In this document: positions 59,013 through 64,000 of the stretch, piece after piece
How positions within the stretch are numbered: the stretch's first letter is position 1
How the letters are laid out: every line of letters begins with the position of its first letter
IMG/VR virus record: IMGVR_UViG_3300037234_000551
Span: 8,603 to 72,602 of that record
Strand: one strand, 5' to 3'
Source: a virus
Length of the DNA: 64,000 nucleotides
Program-made: the position numbers and the translations under genes
The notes under the pieces: model-generated
Database searches by the model: none
Seen by the model: only the letters and a program-made list of their open reading frames with translations
What the model was told of the DNA's origin: nothing

Positions 59013-59853
59013 ACTAAACCTACCAGACATTCAATGTACAGAACCAGCGATTAAGATACCAATTTATCAAGTGGGAGTCGAGAACGTTGAAGTTCCCTTT
59101 ATGCTTGAATCAAAATTTGGAGGTTTTCAAGACATGGTTGCAAAAGTGTCAATGAGAACCAACTTAGAGGATAATACCAGAGGGATATCAATGTCTCGAC
59201 TCCTCATTACATTGAAACCATATTTAAGAAAACCTCTTAAGCATTTTCTAATTAATGAAATTCTTATGAGTTTGAAAGATAATATTGGATCAACTTCTAG
59301 TTTTATAAAGTTCGAATTTAAACTTCCGGTGTTGAGAAAGTCTCCAGTATCGGATAATGAATTTCCTATTTATTATAACTGTAAATTTGAAGGGCAACTT
59401 GACAATGGAGAGTTTAGATTTTTTCAAGGTATTCGAGTTCAATATTCATCTTACTGCCCTTGTTCAGCAGAACTATGTGAAGACCTAAGTGGTAAAGGTT
59501 CGTCTGGTTATCCGCATGCTCAGAGATCATTTGCTGACTTACTAATTGAGACAATAGAGCCAAATTATGTTTGGCTAGAAGATATAATCGAAACAGTTGA
59601 GATGGCTGTTCATACATTACCCTACCCAGTTATTAAAAGAGTAGATGAACAGGAGATTGCTCGAATTGCTGCAGACAATCCAATGTTTGTTGAAGACGCA
59701 ATTCGAGCAATCTCTCAACAATTAAATAAGAGAGAAGATATTTATGATTGGATTGTGAAGTGTATACACGAAGAATCAATTCATACATCCGAAGCAATTG
59801 CGATGAACTATAAAGGAGTTGAAAATGGGTTTGATGGAAGATACTTTCTCTGA
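59002..59853 (+). CDS. folE2: GTP cyclohydrolase IB
   Basis: LPDIQ, RGISMSRL, SYCPCSAE, PHAQRS, KRVDE, NPMFVEDAIR, HEESIH. Confidence 0.92.
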   Translation: MDCKLNLPDIQCTEPAIKIPIYQVGVENVEVPFMLESKFGGFQDMVAKVSMRTNLEDNTRGISMSRLLITLKPYLRKPLKHFLINEILMSLKDNIGSTSSFIKFEFKLPVLRKSPVSDNEFPIYYNCKFEGQLDNGEFRFFQGIRVQYSSYCPCSAELCEDLSGKGSSGYPHAQRSFADLLIETIEPNYVWLEDIIETVEMAVHTLPYPVIKRVDEQEIARIAADNPMFVEDAIRAISQQLNKREDIYDWIVKCIHEESIHTSEAIAMNYKGVENGFDGRYFL

Positions 59854-60220
59854 GTTCCCACAACTAAGGCCTAGATTTGAAGATATGGAAGGCAAACTCC
59901 CAGAAGAACTTAATGTCAGACAATTGTTTGTAAACATCCTCAGTGTATATGGAATGACAGATGCTATTGAGTTTGTCGATGTATTTCTAATAGCTAAGGA
60001 TGGGCGAATTAGTATTATTAAAAATAATAAAGGAAGAATAGAGGATGATGTTCATCCAATTGATTTGGTTTCTCTGTTTGTTGGATTGTTAAAGGAGAAT
60101 ATTGGTTGTGGGATTGAAGTATTCGATGATATGATTGAGACCGAGTTATCAGAGTTTGTCGTTGAACTTATGAAAAGATATTACATAAAACCTATACGAA
60201 AGGGTCCACATGGGAAATAA
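59834..60220 (+). CDS. hypothetical protein
   Basis: ORF in operon. Confidence 0.5.
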   Translation: MEDTFSEFPQLRPRFEDMEGKLPEELNVRQLFVNILSVYGMTDAIEFVDVFLIAKDGRISIIKNNKGRIEDDVHPIDLVSLFVGLLKENIGCGIEVFDDMIETELSEFVVELMKRYYIKPIRKGPHGK

Positions 60221-60638
60221 GAAGATCTTTGACATGGGAAGAGATTTACATAAAGTGCAATCTATACTAGATGATCATAAATTGTTAACTCACGAGAAGG
60301 CTAGTCTGCCTGATGGAGAAGACCTGTTTGGTTTCGACAGGATGCCAGGTACTAAACCGAGATGGCTATACTTGGCAGATTTGGTTGTTTCAATAATAAG
60401 TCCAAATAGTGATACTGACAAAGGTGTCTATATTATAAAGAGTAGATATGGTACACACGGTCAAGCAACTATGGGTCAAGTTATTGATATAGCTGTACAA
60501 TTACTAAAGGTTGAGTTTGATTTGAACATTGGTTTCTTCGAAGACGTTGTTGCAAAAGAATTACGTGAAGCAATCGCAGATGTCCTTCATCGTCACAAGG
60601 TACTTCCCAAAAAAGATTGGAACAAAATTATGAGATAG
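60210..60638 (+). CDS. hypothetical protein
   Basis: ORF in operon. Confidence 0.5.
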   Translation: MGNKKIFDMGRDLHKVQSILDDHKLLTHEKASLPDGEDLFGFDRMPGTKPRWLYLADLVVSIISPNSDTDKGVYIIKSRYGTHGQATMGQVIDIAVQLLKVEFDLNIGFFEDVVAKELREAIADVLHRHKVLPKKDWNKIMR

Positions 60639-60681
60639 TAAGATTTACATTACAAAACTCTTAGTTCAAGAGGGGCTGGTA

Positions 60682-60900
60682 ATGACCTACATTTGCGTTA
60701 AGTGCGGCAAGAGGTGGGTTAAAGACGGAGAGTCTGACGAAGTATCCGGTGGATTGTGTTATAGGTGTATTACTGAATATGTTAGAGAAAGACAAAAGAA
60801 CCAAGGTTTCCACGACTGTTTTGCACGGAACATTGAAGAGTGCAGTAAAGAGTGTAGATACTCTGAATGCTGTAACAGTATTCTTTTGAATAATAAATAG
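60682..60900 (+). CDS. small Cys-rich protein
   Basis: CVKC, CYRC, CF...C...C....C. Confidence 0.55.
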   Translation: MTYICVKCGKRWVKDGESDEVSGGLCYRCITEYVRERQKNQGFHDCFARNIEECSKECRYSECCNSILLNNK

Positions 60901-60901
60901 T

Positions 60902-60979
60902 CGGATAGTGGCGCAGTCTGGTTAGCGCACCTGCTTTGGGAGCAGGGGGCCGGAGGTTCGAATCCTCTCTATCCGACCA
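60902..60979 (+). tRNA. tRNA-Pro(UGG)
   Basis: CGGATAG/CTATCCG, loop TT-TGG-GA, encoded CCA. Confidence 0.93.
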
Positions 60980-60998
60980 TTTGAATTGAGGAGAGACT

Positions 60999-61388
60999 AT
61001 GAATACTGAAGAAGTAATGAGTCTTTATGAGAAAGAGAGAAACTATCAACGAGATGCATTTGGAGATTATCAGAATAATCCGAGTCTTAACCTTGCAAGT
61101 TTCTTGGAATTTCTAGACGACTATGTAAAGAGAGCGAAACAGGAGTACGTTGTTAAGTGGACTCCCCTTCTCCCGCCTTGGTTGAAAACCTGTAAAGAAC
61201 AGCAATTACAGAATAGTGCTCCGGTGAAAACTTATGAACACTTGGTGAAAATAATGACTCTCGCAGGTGCGGCATTAGAAGCATATGCCGAAATAGATTT
61301 GAACAAATGGAGAGAAGAAGGAGTAAAATCGAAATGGATGAAGGAGAACGAAATGTTGAGCAGACCGACGCTCTCGGAAGACCTATGA
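60999..61388 (+). CDS. hypothetical protein (all-alpha, possibly MazG-like)
   Basis: ER.YQ...FG and LVKI..LAGAALE pattern. Confidence 0.5.
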   Translation: MNTEEVMSLYEKERNYQRDAFGDYQNNPSLNLASFLEFLDDYVKRAKQEYVVKWTPLLPPWLKTCKEQQLQNSAPVKTYEHLVKIMTLAGAALEAYAEIDLNKWREEGVKSKWMKENEMLSRPTLSEDL

Positions 61389-61524
61389 GAGAAGAGGAAA
61401 AAACTTCGTTACCTCAAGTCGGCATAAAATTTTATGTTGAAGGAGTCGAATATAAAGTTACATATGTGAACGAGGGTAAGAGAAGATTTAGTGCTACTCC
61501 TACCCAGTAGTCGAAAGGAGTCAA

Positions 61525-62277
61525 ATGATGGGCGAAGAAAGAGGAGACCTGACCAGTATGTTAGAGAGCTTCGAAGGTGAAAAGACGGAAGAAGAACCCT
61601 CTCTAGATTTGGACAGACAACCTACTCAACCACAAGTAACTCAACCACGTACAACTCCTTCCCAAAGTGATCAATTTGCAATTGGAACTGTGTGTCTTTA
61701 TGATTGGTTTGAAGCAAACCAAAGAAATCTCCCTGGTATTACTCATACAAAAGTCTCTATTAAAGATGTAAATCCAAAAAAGTTTTTGATCTACAAATTT
61801 CCTGTTCTTGATAGCGAGACGGGCGAGTGGGATATTGATATGAGGAAGGACGCCCATGTATATCAGGTTTTGGATATGCCTGGTTATGCGATGATGGCCC
61901 TCACTAATGGATTTGTAATTCTCTATCGCTATGAGGACAAATTTCTAAAAGCATACTGGACTAGAACAGGTTTGATCATTGTCTTTTGTATTGAAGTTGA
62001 GGGAACAATATTAATTCCTTATGCTCGGGTGAAGTTGAAAAAGAGGGGAAAGGGGATTAATATACCTGGGGTTGACTCGACTAGTGTAATTCAAAAGTTG
62101 GCTCGATCTGCAGATATTGAGGCAGTGATGTTGCTTTATCCACAGTTTGAAAAGTTCAGGGAAGGAATAAATACAAATCAAGATGTCCTGGTATGGTTTA
62201 CACAGAGACAGTTGGAGATGCGGGACACTACTCATCTACTGCAAATTGATAATGTCCTGATAAGCATCTTCGCTTAG
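61525..62277 (+). CDS. hypothetical protein
   Basis: AAGGAG RBS; 250 aa. Confidence 0.6.
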   Translation: MMGEERGDLTSMLESFEGEKTEEEPSLDLDRQPTQPQVTQPRTTPSQSDQFAIGTVCLYDWFEANQRNLPGITHTKVSIKDVNPKKFLIYKFPVLDSETGEWDIDMRKDAHVYQVLDMPGYAMMALTNGFVILYRYEDKFLKAYWTRTGLIIVFCIEVEGTILIPYARVKLKKRGKGINIPGVDSTSVIQKLARSADIEAVMLLYPQFEKFREGINTNQDVLVWFTQRQLEMRDTTHLLQIDNVLISIFA

Positions 62278-62289
62278 GGAGGATTTGTT

Positions 62290-62457
62290 ATGGAGAAGGT
62301 CAATCTTAATGAATTTGCAAGAGAAGTCACTTTGATAGAAGGGAAGAAAGAATCAGTGAACATAGGACAGGTGAAAGAGGTTCTAAGTATTACTCTCAGA
62401 AAGTTGGCAGCACTTCCACAAGAACAGTTAGATGAATTGCTGTCACGTTACAAGTAG
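62290..62457 (+). CDS. small 55-aa protein (HU N-terminal helix-like; absent from ORF track)
   Basis: GGAGG RBS; MEKVNLNEFAREVTLIEGKKESVNIGQVKEVL. Confidence 0.5.
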   Translation: MEKVNLNEFAREVTLIEGKKESVNIGQVKEVLSITLRKLAALPQEQLDELLSRYK

Positions 62458-62516
62458 GCTACGGCCGTGTTGACCGACGCGACACGTTAAAATTGTATCG
62501 TCGTTGTTCTTTGACA

Positions 62517-62664
62517 AGCTAAGTGGGACATTCAGATCCGCTTTTATGGGTAGCTTGAGGTTCGTTCTTCTTGAATATGGGTGAAGGGCGTGTATATGCC
62601 TATTTTCTGAGCGGATCTGTTTTGTGTCATAGATGTAAAACTGCATGAATGTTTTCACTTAGCT
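62517..62664 (+). ncRNA. candidate structured ncRNA
   Basis: nested stems AGCTAAGTGGGACATTCA/TGAATGTTTTCACTTAGCT and CAGATCCGCT/AGCGGATCTG. Confidence 0.5.
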
Positions 62665-62677
62665 AAGTTTGATGCGG

Positions 62678-62722
62678 TGGGGTACCCCTGGTGGGAACGT
62701 AAACAGGGGTACCCCATTTTTT
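62678..62722 (+). terminator. intrinsic terminator
   Basis: TGGGGTACCCCTG...CAGGGGTACCCCA followed by T6. Confidence 0.7.
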
Positions 62723-62739
62723 TAGTTAGGAGGATAAAG

Positions 62740-63048
62740 ATGAGTGGAGTTGATCGTGTAGGTAACTGGGATAAGTTTGCAAAAGTGGTGCATGATTATA
62801 TTGATTCATTTACAACCGGCAAATATGGGTCCGGTCAAACTGTTGATTTGATGCATTTTACTCCTCCCCATATCTCCATTTGGAATGTGCTCAAATATGC
62901 AATTCGTATATGGAATGGGAAACCAAAGCGTCATGACCTTTTGAAAATTGCTCACTACATTGAAATGGCATGGACATATTCGGAGGGAGATGTAAATAAG
63001 TGTGTCTGTCCAGATCATGTAAGGAAAGAGTTTGAGGAGAAGTTATAA
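62740..63048 (+). CDS. DUF3310-like phage protein
   Basis: NVLKYAIR...DLLKIAHY; AGGAGG RBS. Confidence 0.55.
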   Translation: MSGVDRVGNWDKFAKVVHDYIDSFTTGKYGSGQTVDLMHFTPPHISIWNVLKYAIRIWNGKPKRHDLLKIAHYIEMAWTYSEGDVNKCVCPDHVRKEFEEKL

Positions 63049-63049
63049 T

Positions 63050-63238
63050 ATGAATGATACAAAAGGTTTAAGACTTAGAATGATAAAGGATGGTCCTTGT
63101 GGGGAGTGTTTAATCAAAGTAGCTTGCGATGAGATGTGTGATGATGCATGGGACTTTCACCTTGGAGAGCTAGCCAAATGTATAGACCCAACAGCAAAAA
63201 AGAAGAAACATATATTCCGCCTTGCAGAGATTGTTTAA
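63050..63238 (+). CDS. small PCxxCLx4Cx3C-family protein
   Basis: PCGECLIKVACDEMC. Confidence 0.6.
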   Translation: MNDTKGLRLRMIKDGPCGECLIKVACDEMCDDAWDFHLGELAKCIDPTAKKKKHIFRLAEIV

Positions 63239-63348
63239 TATGTGGAATATGTTCCGAACTGTGTCCAGAGGCAGAGAAGATGTTAGATAATGATATGCAA
63301 CCAATACTAGAGGAGATGGAAAAGGCAATGAGGGAAGAATATGGATGA
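63148..63348 (+). CDS. small PCxxCLx4Cx3C-family protein
   Basis: PCRDCLICGICSELC; start uncertain. Confidence 0.55.
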   Translation: MGLSPWRASQMYRPNSKKEETYIPPCRDCLICGICSELCPEAEKMLDNDMQPILEEMEKAMREEYG

Positions 63349-63559
63349 TCCGTGTGAGAAATGTTTAATTGCTACAAATTGTAGTAATGCCTGCACTGAG
63401 ATAATGGAGTATTACAATTACCTATCAAAGAAAACTAGAGCAAATCTTGAGGCGATCCCCGGTATAACCGAGGAAGATCTTGAAGAATTTGAAGCATTGG
63501 AGAGGAGAGGTAAGGCTCTTGTAAAGTGGTGGAGAATAACGGAGGGAGTACGTGACTGA
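63341..63559 (+). CDS. small PCxxCLx4Cx3C-family protein
   Basis: PCEKCLIATNCSNAC. Confidence 0.6.
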   Translation: MDDPCEKCLIATNCSNACTEIMEYYNYLSKKTRANLEAIPGITEEDLEEFEALERRGKALVKWWRITEGVRD

Positions 63560-64000
63560 TTATTTTTATGCAGACCCCCATTTTGGTAATGAGATGGTTG
63601 TAGAATACTGCAAACGACCTTGGCGGAATGCTGCTCATATGGATAGTGGTCTAATTAAGATTTACAACTCAGTAATTACTGATAGTGATACAGTTTACAT
63701 AGTTGGAGATCTTACACTAAAAACCGCACAACATAGGGGTTATATTCAAGGAATCGTTGACAAGTTGAATGGAAGGAAAATTCTTGTTCTTGGCAACCAT
63801 GATGATCTTAAACCATTCGTTTATGAGAAGTTGGGTTTTCACTCTGTCCATACTCAATTGGATTACAAATGTGGAGACTTTGAGGCTACTCTCGTACATG
63901 ATCCAAAGAGGGCAAAAGAGAATAGAAGTAGGTTGTATCTTTGTGGTCATGCACACGATGACTATTTAACCACAAAAAATATATTAAATGTAGGAGTCGA
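63552..64000 (+). CDS. calcineurin-like metallophosphoesterase (runs off window end)
   Basis: ADPHFG, VYIVGDL, LNGRKILVLGNHD, LCGHAH. Confidence 0.8.
   Translation, partial: MTDYFYADPHFGNEMVVEYCKRPWRNAAHMDSGLIKIYNSVITDSDTVYIVGDLTLKTAQHRGYIQGIVDKLNGRKILVLGNHDDLKPFVYEKLGFHSVHTQLDYKCGDFEATLVHDPKRAKENRSRLYLCGHAHDDYLTTKNILNVGV

Noticed and set aside
156-63956. The many short minus-strand ORFs in the track
   Set aside because: They lie antisense to well-supported + strand genes and show no recognisable motifs.
1-64000. Genome-wide UGA recoding (genetic code 4/25)
   Set aside because: Many genes end in TGA with the next gene starting at or near it, and long genes are intact in code 11. Only the DUF411-like gene shows an internal TGA.

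Overview
This window looks like a 64-kb segment of a large (jumbo) dsDNA bacteriophage genome. Essentially all credible genes are on the + strand and tightly packed. Recognisable content: two unsplit multi-subunit RNA polymerase beta'/beta pairs, a type IIA topoisomerase, SbcCD, an SF2 helicase, a LigD-type primase-polymerase, a MoxR-AAA/vWA pair, QueD, FolE2, a radical SAM enzyme, HNH nucleases, five canonical tRNAs and many small orphan genes. The most striking signals are: (1) a ~1.38-kb array of 38 units of ~36 nt, with two alternating conserved 8-mers separated by ~10-nt variable spacers (TIGR-array architecture) and no recognisable Tas/Nop gene in the window; (2) a ubiquitin-like conjugation cluster (E2, JAB, E1, Ubl, plus a second E1 and a small E2-like gene) running directly into an RNAP gene; (3) a probable UGA-selenocysteine DUF411 gene with a SECIS-like hairpin, plus an atypical tRNA-like RNA with a central UCA; (4) several unexplained structured intergenic RNAs; (5) a nine-member family of small PCxxC(L/I)x4Cx3C proteins. 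All assignments come from reading motifs by eye; no database searches or folding programs were run.
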